A stretch of 64,000 nucleotides of DNA from Balanoglossus misakiensis (lineage: Eukaryota; Animalia; Hemichordata): the NCBI GenBank assembly GCA_040954595.2, contig CM082589.2:12164894-12228893 (forward strand), given 5' to 3'. The translations under genes and the position numbers were made by a program. The notes under the pieces were generated by a model. The model did no database searches. It saw only the letters and a program-made list of their open reading frames with translations, and was not told the DNA's origin. Shown piece after piece: positions 1 through 10,256 of this stretch; the stretch's first letter is position 1, and the number at the start of each line of letters is the position of its first letter.

Positions 1-26
1 TTTTCCTGTCCTCAATCTTTTGCCAG

Positions 27-72
27 GGATTTTTGTGTCCCCAACCCGCGTGAGAATCCCACGTCTTTGAAG
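27..72 (+). pseudogene. Possible degenerate Cys-rich mini-exon (GFLCP.NPRENPTS)
   Basis: Pyrimidine tract + CCAG acceptor and GAAG|GTATGA donor. It needs a frameshift and the next intron would be only 46 bp. Confidence 0.3.
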
Positions 73-118
73 GTATGACTGTGACTATAAGATTCTATAA
101 ATCTCTGTTTATTTTCAG

Positions 119-249
119 CACAAACATCATGTGCTGATTGCCCAGCTGGTAACCAATGTCCAAATGGTAACACTGTGATTTTATGCTCGGCTGGTTATTA
201 CAGTTCGGCCTTGGACAAAGGATGTCTCGCTGTACCTCTTGCATAACAG
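119..249 (+). pseudogene. Cys-rich exon A (QTSCADCPAGNQCPNGNTVILCSAGYYS / LGQRMSRCTSCIT), frameshifted
   Basis: TTTTCAG acceptor, CAG|GTAAAC donor. The Cys pattern switches frame mid-exon; length 131 bp. Confidence 0.75.
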
Positions 250-503
250 GTAAACTTCTACCCACCAACCTTTATTTCCAACATCAAACATTAGGTCAGG
301 TAATTTACTAACTGAAAAATAGGATGGGAACATTTTCCATTTCTGTATTTAAAATTTACTGATATAATATATGAATGAAAAAATGACAATTTTTCCAAAT
401 TTGAATAGACCTCTATTTATGAAAATAATTAAAATTTGCGCCAATTTTTTACAGTGGTATTCAAAGGTTAACTTGGTGTGTATATTCTTTGTTTGATTTA
501 CAG

Positions 504-637
504 ATCAGCCGGTGCTGAACAGTGTACTATTTGTGAGCAAGGGTACGCCTGCACAGATCCCAGTGCATCGCAATTCAAGTGTACCAAGGGTTACGTGTCA
601 TTGGCTGGTGCAACAAACTGTACCAGATGTACAAATG
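504..637 (+). pseudogene. Cys-rich exon B (SAGAEQCTICEQGYACTDPSASQFKCTKGYVSLAGATNCTRCTN), open
   Basis: TTTACAG acceptor, G|GTAAGA donor; CxxCxxGYxC...CxxGYxSxxGxxxCxxC pattern. Confidence 0.8.
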
Positions 638-682
638 GTAAGATTGTGGTACTTGTTCAGTTTGCTGTGTGATGAAACTGAG

Positions 683-744
683 TGGTATGTGTGTATGCAT
701 GTATGTGTTTACAACAGATTTTCAAGTCAGTGCGACTGGGGTTA

Positions 745-776
<32 letters not shown>

Positions 777-802
777 TACAACAGATTATCAACTCAGTGC
801 GA
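683..802 (+). repeat. Short duplication with (GTAT)/(GT) microsatellite
   Basis: GTATGTGTTTACAACAGATT(T/A)TCAA(G/C)TCAGTGCGA occurs twice, followed by a TGCGAGA..TCTCGCA hairpin. Confidence 0.7.
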
Positions 803-1020
803 AATCTTGCGAGACCCGGTTAGCCATGTGAGATCTCGCAGAGTCTTATGATATTCAGAAAATGGTTGATTAGAAATGACGTTTAATGTCCTCCAAAGAA
901 TTTTCTACATGCCCGTATACTTGTCTCAGAATTATGAAGTGAATCATCTCAAGTAATTTGTTATTTTAAATGACACTGTATCACAAATACTTCACTAAAA
1001 ACCTCATTTTCTTTAATCAG

Positions 1021-1218
1021 ATGAAATAAGTGAGGAGCCTGCACGCACATCCCGTCTTCTGTGCCCTGCTGGACAATCGTGTTCAGATCCAATGTAAGAT
1101 CCGCTTGACTGTGGCAATGGTGAATATGCTATGGAAGGCGACGGCACATGCACGCCTTGTCCAGCAGGATCCAAGTGTCCAACCATGTCACCCGTAGTTG
1201 ATTGTTCAACAGTTACTG
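1021..1218 (+). pseudogene. Cys-rich exon C (..LCPAGQSCSDPM*DPLDCGNGEYAMEGDGTCTPCPAGSKCPTMSPVVDCSTVT)
   Basis: AATCAG acceptor, G|GTAAGT donor, 198 bp, in-frame TAA at 1095-1097. Confidence 0.82.
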
Positions 1219-1443
1219 GTAAGTTGGGCTGCAAATTACTCTTATGACTTCCCTGTGTTATAGCATGACATACACAGAAAATTAAACTGTTATGCTCATT
1301 GGAGTTGATATTGTGATGCACTTTGAAAAACACAATGATTCCACTGAAGAGGTATTGTACAGTAACACCTGTGATTACGGACATCTCTCTAATAAGGGAT
1401 CGTTGGACCAAACCAATCGTTCTTTGAATTTTTTCTGTGATAG

Positions 1444-1540
1444 GTTCATACTCGCTAGGTTCGGCCAAGTCCTTCTGGTTATGAATGCACAACTACAAAT
1501 GTCACACAGTGCGCTACAGGGAAGTAAAGTGTTGAAGGAG
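1444..1540 (+). pseudogene. Cys-rich exon D (GSYSLGSAKS / PSGYECTTTNVTQCATGK*SVEG), frameshift and stop
   Basis: GATAG acceptor, GAG|GTAAGT donor; TAA at 1525-1527 where Tyr is expected. Confidence 0.65.
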
Positions 1541-1652
1541 GTAAGTCTTGAAATCTCTTTTCTTCTGGTCTCGATTTGAACATGGTTCCACAAGTTGTTT
1601 ACATCACTTGTAGTTTTACATATTTTTTTAGTTCAACAGCTATGCTATACAT

Positions 1653-2302
1653 GGTGTCCTGAGAAGTCGACCAGTATGAGAAGTCGGTATCGGCCAGTAC
1701 GAGAAGTCGGCCTGTGGGAGAGAACCCTGGTACTTTGTGTTATATATAACTGTTTCACTACGAAATGTTTCCTTGATGTACAGGAGCTGAGATATTTGTA
1801 CAAATAGCCGATGAATTTTAAAACTGTCTGTTCACTTTTCATGTACGTCACCGGGGTACGTCAACATCAGTCACCTGCACTTCTTGAGCTGCGCCAGTAG
1901 TCTGTTCCTTGTCACGTTTGTTTGTTTGTTTGTTTGGTGTTGTCTCAGAAAGTATGAATATACACATACATCTTCTATGTATTTTAGTAGGCTTTGAAAC
2001 AACTCCCTTTAATCAGAAATGTCACAGGAATTTGGCGAACAACCTAAGCTCCTTACGCGGATACGGGGATGGGGAACTGGTACGGATGCCAGACGCCATT
2101 ATTTGAAATGACGCCATTGTGTTGTCAAGAATTTGGGAAATCCGTCCAAATGAAAATATTTAGTGCAATTATATTTTATTAAGTGTTGTTATAAGTAATC
2201 TGGGTCATCACTGCACTATTCGGGTACAAGTTCAACAACTGGCCGACTTCTCATACGCGCGTAGTGGCTGACTTCTAATCTGGCCGACTTCTCATGTATT
2301 CC
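1653..2302. mobile_element. ~650-bp non-autonomous TIR element (MITE-like) with tandem GAGAAGTCGGCCAG subterminal motifs
   Basis: Three GAGAAGTCG motifs at 1661-1712 are mirrored by CTGGCCGACTTCTC motifs at 2239-2295. GG..CC ends; TATACAT on both flanks (1646-1652, 2303-2309). Also at 16558-17199, 31458-32107, 46365-47014 and 61126-61775. Confidence 0.72.
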
Positions 2303-2478
2303 TATACATTAGTGAAAATTGGGGAAACTGGTGTTTTCAGACAACTTATGAAGTCCCTTTCGCAATATTAACTCTAAAACAGCGGGTGATATTCCTTTTA
2401 AAATTTAACCAAATAAGCATACTTGAACTCTGTCATATCGGCAAAACACTCACTACACAAGCTGCTGTTATTCTACAG

Positions 2479-2695
2479 ACATGACATGTGCTGATTGCGG
2501 CGTAGGTAACTACTGTCCAGATGGGTCAGACAGCCCCATTCCTTGTCCATCAAGTTATTATGCTGACACAGCCACAGAAGTATCCTGTACCCCTTGCGAT
2601 CCAGGCTGTCAGTGTGCAGCAACATCACCCACTTGCCTGCACATCAAGAACCTACTCTCTGGGACCATCAACAACATGTACTCCCCTTCTACCAG
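2479..2695 (+). pseudogene. Cys-rich exon E (MTCADCGVGNYCPDGSDSPIPCPSSYYADTATEVSCTPCDPGCQCAATSPT / ACTSRTYSLGPSTTCTP), frameshifted
   Basis: CTACAG acceptor, CAG|GTTTGT donor. The repeat continues in another frame after ~2632. Confidence 0.8.
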
Positions 2696-3515
2696 GTTTG
2701 TAGTCGTCTTAGTCGTAAAAACATATTTAAGGTGTTGGGCACCTCGAAATAAAGGGTCGTCTGATCATGTTAAAATTAATACTGATGATACTATGACTTC
2801 TAAACATTTAATCTATGGAATAAAAATTGGGGGTCAACCATCTAGAGTTTTGAAAAAGCGCCCTTTATCTAGCACCTCTTTCAGATTTTGCCAGGCTCGT
2901 AGATTTTTGTAAAATGGCCTCAAAAATAAGAATTTTGGAAGGTTTGTCATATTTTTTCACCATTGTAGAATCTAAATGTTCTGAATTATTTTATTTTTAG
3001 CAATTTTGAGATTGCTTCATGTTCAGTATGATAATCGCATGTCAATACAACTGTTACATTAAAGGAAAAGTTCAAATCCGCCTAAAACCACATTGCATTG
3101 GTACCTAGTTAAGTTGTCCTCACTTCTGACGCAAAATTTTGATGTGCAATGCACGTGTCTGTGAAATTGACGAATAAAAAAATTGTATACCAGTGCAAAA
3201 TTAAAAACTCCCTGTGCAGCCTTCTTGGCAACTGCATGCTGGGAAAAGTACTCGGGTGATGACGAAAAAGTTTCGGGGTTCCGGGTAGTGCTACCCCGGA
3301 ATACAATGTTGGGTGCAGACTCCAACTATGGAAAAGAGATGCAGAATGTCATGTGATATAGTAGTGAAAACAAATACACGTTGGTTCACGTATTTCAGCT
3401 CTCAGCAATCAGGGTGCATTAAAAGGCCTTGATTGGTGTGATATTCACAATTGATGATTATAAATACTTACAGTTGTATACTGTTTTATTTTGTAAATAT
3501 TGTGTACATTTGCAG

Positions 3516-3645
3516 CAATGAATCCGTGCGAACACAAACCTTAACCCATGCCGGAATGCTGGTACTTGCCAAGCAATCCAGGGATCTTGTACAGGCGTCA
3601 CATGTCTATGTGCTGGCTGCTACCTGGGCTTCACATGTGAAACAC
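3516..3645 (+). pseudogene. EGF exon 1 (MNPC / NPCRNAGTCQAIQGSCTGVTCLCAGCYLGFTCET), frameshifted
   Basis: TGCAG acceptor, GTGAGT donor; 130 bp, not a multiple of 3. Confidence 0.82.
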
Positions 3646-3878
3646 GTGAGTACAGTACTTTGTCATTTATTAAAAAATCTAAGTGCTGAGGTACATTGTA
3701 GTAATAATAGCAGGTGTAGTCATTATCATCATCATCATCATCATCTTTAAGTCAGTCATATGATCGGTAATAAAAACAGTAAAATCACCAGTATAAAAAC
3801 ATAACAGAGAAATAATGAACGTGTACTGGTGTTACCATAGGTAACTGTTGTATAAAATTTTGAATTCCTGTCTTCCAG

Positions 3879-4001
3879 TTCCTAATCCATGCTTCACTAG
3901 TCCTTGTCTCAATGGAGGTACCTGCCAACAACAGGCAAATTCTTGTACTGCCACCATTGGCATGTGCACAGAGTGTTACTAGGGAAACAGGTGTGAGACA
4001 A
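3879..4001 (+). pseudogene. EGF exon 2 (PNPCFTSPCLNGGTCQQQANSCTATIGMCTECY*GNRCET)
   Basis: 123 bp, phase 1-1; TAG at 3980-3982; one Cys->Gly. Confidence 0.85.
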
Positions 4002-4095
4002 GTAAGTTTGAATCTATAGCAGTTAATAATGATAATTATCATTTTTTTTTATTATGATTTAAACTTCACTGATGTTGTACAAACACAAAAATAGA

Positions 4096-4563
4096 AATAA
4101 TAATAATAATAATAATAATTTATTTGTATAGCGTCAGTATCCACAAAAAATGTGATCAATGACGCTTAAAGCAAAAGTACAATACAACACAACAAATGGC
4201 TAAAAAACAGATTTAAAAAGTAAAGTTTTAACATTTGATTTAAAAACAGATAAGTCTGGTGCCTGGCGAATGGTGAGTGGAAGATTATTCCAAAGAATTG
4301 GAGCAGCAACAGTAAAAGCACGATCACCATAACTCTTGGTGCGTGATCGAACAGGGCAGAGTTTGAACTGATCAGCTGACCTCAAATTGCGACACGGAAC
4401 ATATAGATTAGTCATGCTAGAAAGATAGATTGGACCAAGTTTATGAATGGATTTAAAAATGAGAACTAACATCTTAAAAACAATACGCTCTGTAACAGGT
4501 AGCCAGTGCAACTGATACAAAATTGGAGTGATGTGACAGGTGATTTTTGAACGAGTAACAATT
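4096..4563 (-). mobile_element. 5'-truncated L2/CR1-group LINE: ORF2 C-terminus, 3' stem-loop and (TTA)n tail
   Basis: Peptide LHWLPVTERIVFK..RNLRS..YGDRAFTVAAPILWNNLP..FKSNVKTLLF is typical of the L2-clade ORF2 end. AGCGTCA..TGACGCT stem at 4130-4166; (TAA)n at 4096-4119. Confidence 0.9.
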
Positions 4564-4786
4564 AGAAAGGGACAGCAGCTTAGCTCTATTCCTTTTCCAA
4601 AGTGTTTGTTCTTTTAAACTACCTGTTTTTTATTTATTCTGATTATGCTAATATGCTAATTTGTCGGTTTGTCACATCACAATTTTTGTAGGAAACTCAC
4701 CCCTGGGAATTTTTTTCAGCCACTGACATACATTCATAATCACATGACATTGATGATCATGGAAAATTTGACCCTTTTCCTTGTAG

Positions 4787-4909
4787 GACTCAACCAGTGT
4801 CCACCAAATCCGTGCCAGAATGGTGGCTTCTGTCAACCGGCTCGAAATTCCTGCTTTGATCTCACCTGCATATGTACTGGTTGCTACAAAGGTGATAGGT
4901 GTGAGATAT
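4787..4909 (+). pseudogene. EGF exon 3 (LNQCPPNPCQNGGFCQPARNSCFDLTCICTGCYKGDRCEI), open, 8 Cys
   Basis: TTGTAG acceptor, GTAAGT donor, 123 bp. Confidence 0.88.
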
Positions 4910-5577
4910 GTAAGTATACAGCGCAGTCTCTTTTACCTTTTGTCTCTGATGCATTCAAATACTGCATGTTTCCTGAGCATAGGTGTAGCCATCACCACAG
5001 CAGAGCTTGGAGCGTTCTTGACATCGAATGCAAGATTACACTCTTCCCAATCAAAATCACTTTCGTAGCGCATAATGTCTTGATTGTCTTAGTTCAAGAA
5101 ACATTATGCGCGACTGGCCAATTTTACAGCCTTTTGTCAACGCACATCCACTATGGAAATTCTCACTCCAGGCCAGATAGTGTAAATTTACATATGAGTC
5201 TACAGGTATGCTTGAAGTCAAGTCAAGCATTTGCAAGGAACCCTCCTCCAGTACACAGGTCTTTGATTTCATGAAGGGAAGCCCTTGCCTCACAGTCACT
5301 GCCACATGATCTATGGAGGTGTGAACAACTTGATACCAGCCTAATATAAGTTGTAGGCACAATCACTCCACACACCCTTGCCATAATTCTGCAAGGTTTT
5401 TGCCATATCTGTACTGTAGAATGAGTAGCAAGGAATAAAATGGCGTCCTTTCTTAATTTCCAGTGCAAAACCCCTGTGATCCCAACCCATGTATGAATGG
5501 TGGATTTTGCCAGCAAACATCGTGCAATTTCTATTCATGCCAGTGTGTGAACTCTTACACAGGTGACATCTGTCAAA

Positions 5578-6697
5578 CCATAGACCCTAGAGAAAGAAGG
5601 ACGAGCAACTGCGGCAAAGATCAAAGGGTTTGGGGATTATCTGTATGATGATGTTCTTTTGCATATAATTAACACCCAGGACAGTTGGACAATGACTTCC
5701 TTACTTCGGCACGTGTCGACCCCACCAGTGATGCGAAAACTTGCCACCAAACTGACACTCCTGCATTTCAGCAGCCACTGCGTTTTTTTCTAAAATTCTA
5801 AAAGTATTACGATGTCTGTGCTAATTATTATGGTCGTCTGTCGGATGAACGGTCATTTCTAGTGCCACAAGCTTCATTTAAAAATTGTAAACAAATCATC
5901 CATGCCAAATTCCTGTTTAACTTGTGCAGATGTGTTCCATAAATGATTGCTGCGTTCAACCACGTTGCAGTTTTCTCGTCTTCTGCGAGATGTTCTAAGG
6001 TGTTTGTGATAACTTCACGCAAAACGCGAGACTTTGCGTTAGTTTATACACAGTTTATTTGCAAATTGGATTATTGGGATTTACCTGGAAATAATGTATG
6101 CAAAAGAACATCATTTCAAGAAAAAACTGGAGTTGCGCGTCCTTCTTGCATGTCCGACTGGGCACTCATATTTCTTGGTAACGCTGACACTTTTCGTAAT
6201 AATTTTATGTTTGCGTGAAGCATTGAAACAAAAATTGTGGTTTAGGGGCATTTTATTTCGCAGTGCGTGAACAATAAAACAGATTTCACGAAAACAATTT
6301 ATAAACAAACTGGCTGGATTTTCATGTGTGCGCTATTGCCGCCAGGCAACCCTCGGTACGGTTAGCTCACAGCCTTGTGAAATACCCGGACTGTTAGACA
6401 AAAGATGCTTGTTTTGGACGCTGTCAGACTCAGAGGTGCCAAATTCCTGTTTAACTTGTGCAGATGTGTTCCATAAATGATTGCTGCGTTCAACCACGTT
6501 GCAGTTTTCTCGTCTTCTGCGAGATGTTCTAAGGTGTTTGTGATAACTTCACGCAAAACGCGAGACTTTGCGTTAGTTTATACACAGTTTATTTGCAAAT
6601 TGGATTATTGGGATTTACCTGGAAATAATGTATGCAAAAGAACATCATTTCAAGAAAAAACTGGAGTTGCGCGTCCTTCTTTCTCTAGGGTCCATGG
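5578..6697. mobile_element. 1120-bp non-autonomous DNA transposon, ~33-bp TIRs, 5-bp TSD TCAAA
   Basis: Left end CCATAGACCCTAGAGAAAGAAGGACGAGCAACT matches the reverse complement of the right end, CCATGGACCCTAGAGAAAGAAGGACGCGCAACT. TCAAA at 5573-5577 and 6698-6702. Confidence 0.92.
5903..6681 (+). repeat. 245-bp direct repeat pair (5903-6147 and 6437-6681) inside the TIR element
   Basis: TGCCAAATTCCTG...GGAGTTGCGCGTCCTTCTT occurs twice, 534 bp apart; duplicated ORFs 5943 and 6477. Confidence 0.95.
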
Positions 6698-6951
6698 TCA
6701 AACAAGTGAGTATATACTTTCAAGACACCCTGCAAACAAACAAGCAATCTTTATTCCGTAGATCTTTAAGCATATTTATGCATTGTATATTTTGATGTGA
6801 AACTTCAAATTTTATTGGTCTTGTTGCCAAACTTCTGAAGAAATGAGGATATTGTTTTGAAGGGTATTTTATCAGTAGATAACAAATACCATGGCCCTCC
6901 ATGCAAATACCCACATGGTAAATTAAAACTGTTACAGGTGTATTTGATTTA

Positions 6952-7263
6952 AGCAATAAAACACCCCCAGCCATGGTATACCACGAGATTTTGACCAGTT
7001 CACGACATATACGCACGAGCGATAGCGAGTGCGTATATGGAGTTGAACTGGTCAAAATCGAGTGGTATACCATGGCTGGGGGTGTTTTATTGCTATTATA
7101 TTATGCCAGTATATTGAAACTTTGCATAAAACATTTTAAAAAGGCATTTTCTTTGACTATGATATATGACTGTGGTATATGGCTAATATATCCTGGTCAC
7201 GTGTCGTGTCTCGACCAATCAAATAGCGTGATTTACACCATCAATATACTGGTATAATATAAT
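6952..7263. mobile_element. Double inverted-repeat element (143-bp palindrome plus a second 23-bp IR pair), resembling non-autonomous Crypton-type elements
   Basis: Palindrome at 6952-7094; IR 7095-7117 pairs with 7241-7263; internal CCAATCA; no TSD seen. The family call is from memory of similar architectures. Also at 21850-22161, 36757-37068 and 51519-51830. Confidence 0.62.
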
Positions 7264-7494
7264 TCCACATATGGATTACATGTGGGATAATATTGGGTGC
7301 TGGCAGTTTCAGTAAATGAACTGCTCTTAAAAGTTGGGTGTCAGGGCACCCTTGACTTCTTATTGTTCAGTTATACATTTAGGAGGCTCAGTTATAGGAG
7401 AACCCGATAGAACCACAGCTGTAGGAATTAGGGAAATGGTCATACCCTAAAAAACTTATGTCACTACTATTTTTTTTTCATGCCATTGAAACAG

Positions 7495-7611
7495 AACAAA
7501 CTCCATGTAGGCCAAGTCCATGCCTGAACAATGGGCGGTGTACTCAGCTGTCTTGTACAACTTATGAGTGTACTTGTCCAGGATGTTTCACCGGCACACA
7601 CTGCAGCCAGT
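7495..7611 (+). pseudogene. EGF exon 5 (QTPCRPSPCLNNGRCTQLSCTTYECTCPGCFTGTHCSQ), open, 8 Cys
   Basis: ACAG acceptor, weak GTAAAA donor, 117 bp. Confidence 0.83.
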
Positions 7612-8002
7612 GTAAAACTCATTAAAACAAACATTTGTCATGCAGGAACTAACATTTACAATCATGTCTCAATACATTGTCTGTTGGTCATACTTTATAT
7701 TTTCATCTTCAGCATCACACCTTGGTCCTTGGGAATCGGTCACCTCAAAAATGATGTACAGCTGAAAGAAAACATGTTTATTTGAAGAAAAAACTGTTGA
7801 TCGTTCATGAAAATTTTCCCTACACAAGATACATATACAGAGATTTTCATAGCCCCATAAGTGCGTCCCAGAATGAGCAAGTTGTTTTTGGAAGTGAAGT
7901 TCCGTTCAGTATTTACAGTAATGGTAATGATGATGTTTTCATCAAACAGATTTTGAAAGTAAATATTGCTGAGATAACATTAGGTTGCACTTTTTATTGC
8001 AG

Positions 8003-8125
8003 TCCAAGATCCATGCCAGCGAAACAGCTGTCTCAACGGGGCTGTATGTAATGCAGTGGCCAACTCCTGCACGGCATATACCTGTGCCTGTACTGGTTGC
8101 TATGAGGGTAACCGTTGTGAAATAT
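8003..8125 (+). pseudogene. EGF exon 6 (QDPCQRNSCLNGAVCNAVANSCTAYTCACTGCYEGNRCEI)
   Basis: 123 bp, 8 Cys in copy 1; Cys1 is TGC->GGC in copies 2-4. Confidence 0.87.
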
Positions 8126-8393
8126 GTAAGTTTCTGACGTACCGTAAATGACAATCTTTTGGGCACTTTCTCTTCATGGCAATTGAATTGTGTGGTAACT
8201 TCTCATTTCTAAAATTTCCCCAAGAGAAAAGAAAGGAAAAGGAAACAGAAATTTCATTTGTATGTCCGTGCAATTTAGGATAGGCACGAACTTGTGAGGA
8301 AGTGTACGAAGTTGGATGTTTTCATCACTCAAATATACAAGAGTTGCCTCTTGAAGACTAGTGTCTGTAGAGATAATTGTGCATGTGAGGTAA

Positions 8394-8530
8394 TCTCTCC
8401 TAAGGTGGTGCACACCTCTTAGTATTAAGTAAAAGAGACGTCCTTAATTATCCTTACTATTTGGCTTGAAAAATCAATCTTACTAGGTGTTCTGATTAGA
8501 GAGGTGTCCATAAAGACAGGTTTTACTGTA
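8394..8530. mobile_element. Tc1/mariner-type MITE end fragment
   Basis: Ends AGAGGTGTCCATAAAGACAGGTTTTACTG|TA (reverse complement TA|CAGTAAAACCTGTCT); the opposite TIR was not found. Confidence 0.4.
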
Positions 8531-8700
8531 TTACCCAAAATAGAGACATTGTCCCTTCATCATATACTTAATGTGTGTTCTGGGTATGGTTCCAGTATAA
8601 TGCTTGTGTCAAAGGATTTTGTTGTGGTGCAGGAATCATCTTTGGTTGAGGTGTAGCCATCTGCATTTCATGTGTTTTAAACTATTTTTTTTTCTGATTG

Positions 8701-8823
8701 TCATTAACCCATGTGATCAGAATCCGTGTCAAAATGGAGGCTATTGTTCCAAAACACCAAATTCTTATACTGACTACACCTGTTACTGCCAGTAGTGTTG
8801 GACTGGGGCCATCTGTGCCGTAG
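8701..8823 (+). pseudogene. EGF exon 7 (INPCDQNPCQNGGYCSKTPNSYTDYTCYCQ*CWTGAICAV)
   Basis: Acceptor reads TTG instead of TAG; TAG stop at 8793-8795; 123 bp. Confidence 0.82.
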
Positions 8824-9217
8824 GTGTGTCGAATTACTGTTTTATGACACAGCGTGGTATATAAACCCTCATTTTTGGTATTCTCAATGTGATAGATGGA
8901 CCCATACACCAATAAATGGGGTGGAAGCATTACTAAGTTTCATCCTTTCAAAATTTGCTGATGTAGGGTCAAAATTGAGTGTGAGGTGCATGTTAAAAAG
9001 GAAAGCCTTCTGTATCATGTTGATGGCACATTTTTTTAATTTTTCAAGATTCTTACAGAAAAATCCTAGCAATAGCATCATTATGTTATTTTAAATGTAA
9101 AGGTTTGAAACAAGGAATGAAGACATTGCTCACATATTTAAACGAAATGAACATCACAAGTACATGTACAAGTTTTTGACAAGCAGGTAATTGATACTTT
9201 CCTTTTTGTTTTGGCAG

Positions 9218-9337
9218 CCATTGATCAGTTATACCCTATGCCTTGTCAAAATGGTGGCACATGCGTTGCGTGAGACGGCTGTTTCCTGTTTGACTGTATG
9301 TGTACCGAATGCTTCACTGGTGCCACATGTACAATGC
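9218..9337 (+). pseudogene. EGF exon 8 (IDQLYPMPCQNGGTCVA*DGCFLFDCMCTECFTGATCTM)
   Basis: GGCAG acceptor, GTAAGT donor, 120 bp; TGA at 9271-9273; Cys1 lost. Confidence 0.83.
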
Positions 9338-9632
9338 GTAAGTACTAACCAATATTATTTTATTCAATGCAAAACACTTGTTATATATTATATAATATAA
9401 GTACGGTACACATATTAAAGCCCTGGTAACTCAAACTTTGGGCTAGCTTAATGTTATCACTATTTTTGTTTTCGGTTGCAACTGTGGTTTCTTGTCACAC
9501 TCTAAAGGATTTCACAGCATTTGGTTTTTCAAAACAGCCCTTTGGTTGTTGTCATGTATACATGTACATGACTGTGGAGTGTAGTTTGTAGATTCTGTAA
9601 TTTTGACAATATCTTGACTGCACATCCCACAG

Positions 9633-9755
9633 CTGTCAACCAGTGTCAACCCATCCAGTGTCGGAATGGTGGAAACTGTGTGCTGACGCCCAATTGGTGT
9701 ACTGAATTCACATGCTCCTGTACAAGCTGTTACTCCGGCGATTTATGTCAGACAT
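9633..9755 (+). pseudogene. EGF exon 9 (VNQCQPIQCRNGGNCVLTPNWCTEFTCSCTSCYSGDLCQT), open, 8 Cys
   Basis: CACAG acceptor, GTGAGT donor, 123 bp. Confidence 0.87.
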
Positions 9756-10139
9756 GTGAGTGATTTTAAATTTCAGATGAAGAGGAACATAATAACATAA
9801 CACATAATCGGCTTGCAGTTGGTTTCTTCCAACCTGTATCAAACAGTGAATAACGACACAATTTTGGGGAAATTTATTAAGAATGTGTGTGCCATAAAAG
9901 GGGATTGTGTATTTGACCAAATAACAACCTGCACCGTATGGTACACTAAGACACTATTACACCTGTGTCAAAATTTCATTACGTTTCTTTTGTTGAACAT
10001 GGAAGAAATTTGTCACAGTGATGTTCTGTTGACCAACTGAGATTTTTACCACTCAACCCTGACTGCACAAATCTGTTTAAAGTATATGTAGTAAATATTA
10101 ACTGTACACAATTTATATCACTTTCTCTTCTGTGCACAG

Positions 10140-10256
10140 ATTTGAATCCGTGTCAGCCCAACCCTTGTCTAAACAGTGGATTCTGCCAGCAAGTGTCCTG
10201 CACCGAGTTCAGATGCCAGAGTCCACGCTGTTTCATCGGAACCACGTGCGCTGAAC
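10140..10256 (+). pseudogene. EGF exon 10 (LNPCQPNPCLNSGFCQQVSCTEFRCQSPRCFIGTTCAE)
   Basis: 117 bp, open; Cys5 TGT->AGT. Confidence 0.86.

Larger units (their letters stand above)
5464..6705 (+). pseudogene. EGF exon 4 (QNPCDPNPCMNGGFCQQTSCNFYSCQCVNSYTGDICQT), split by a TIR transposon 3 nt before its donor
   Basis: 5464-5577 plus 6703-6705 restores a 117-bp phase 1-1 exon followed by GTGAGT at 6706. Confidence 0.85.

Noticed and set aside
1661-1712. CRISPR-like repeat-spacer array (also considered for 14151-14645)
   Set aside because: Short irregular motifs without unique constant-length spacers, no cas genes, and a eukaryotic context; better explained as TE subterminal repeats or minisatellite.
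2727-3432. Complete Kolobok/piggyBac-like TTAA element between exon E and EGF exon 1
   Set aside because: The left end TTAAGGTG..GCACCTC is suggestive, but the candidate right end matches poorly and there is no clean TSD.
3721-3745. Poly-His-tailed 99-aa protein (ORF 3451-3750)
   Set aside because: An intronic (CAT)n microsatellite read in a frame unrelated to the EGF exon; its length varies among copies.
5903-6681. 245-bp direct repeats as LTRs of a TRIM retroelement
   Set aside because: No TG..CA ends, PBS, PPT or TSD. The repeat ends in part of the DNA-transposon TIR, so it is an internal duplication.
9271-9273. Selenocysteine or stop-codon readthrough/alternative genetic code rescuing the gene
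   Set aside because: The TGA is not at a Cys position, and TAA, TAG, frameshifts, a dead acceptor and a TE insertion also occur.
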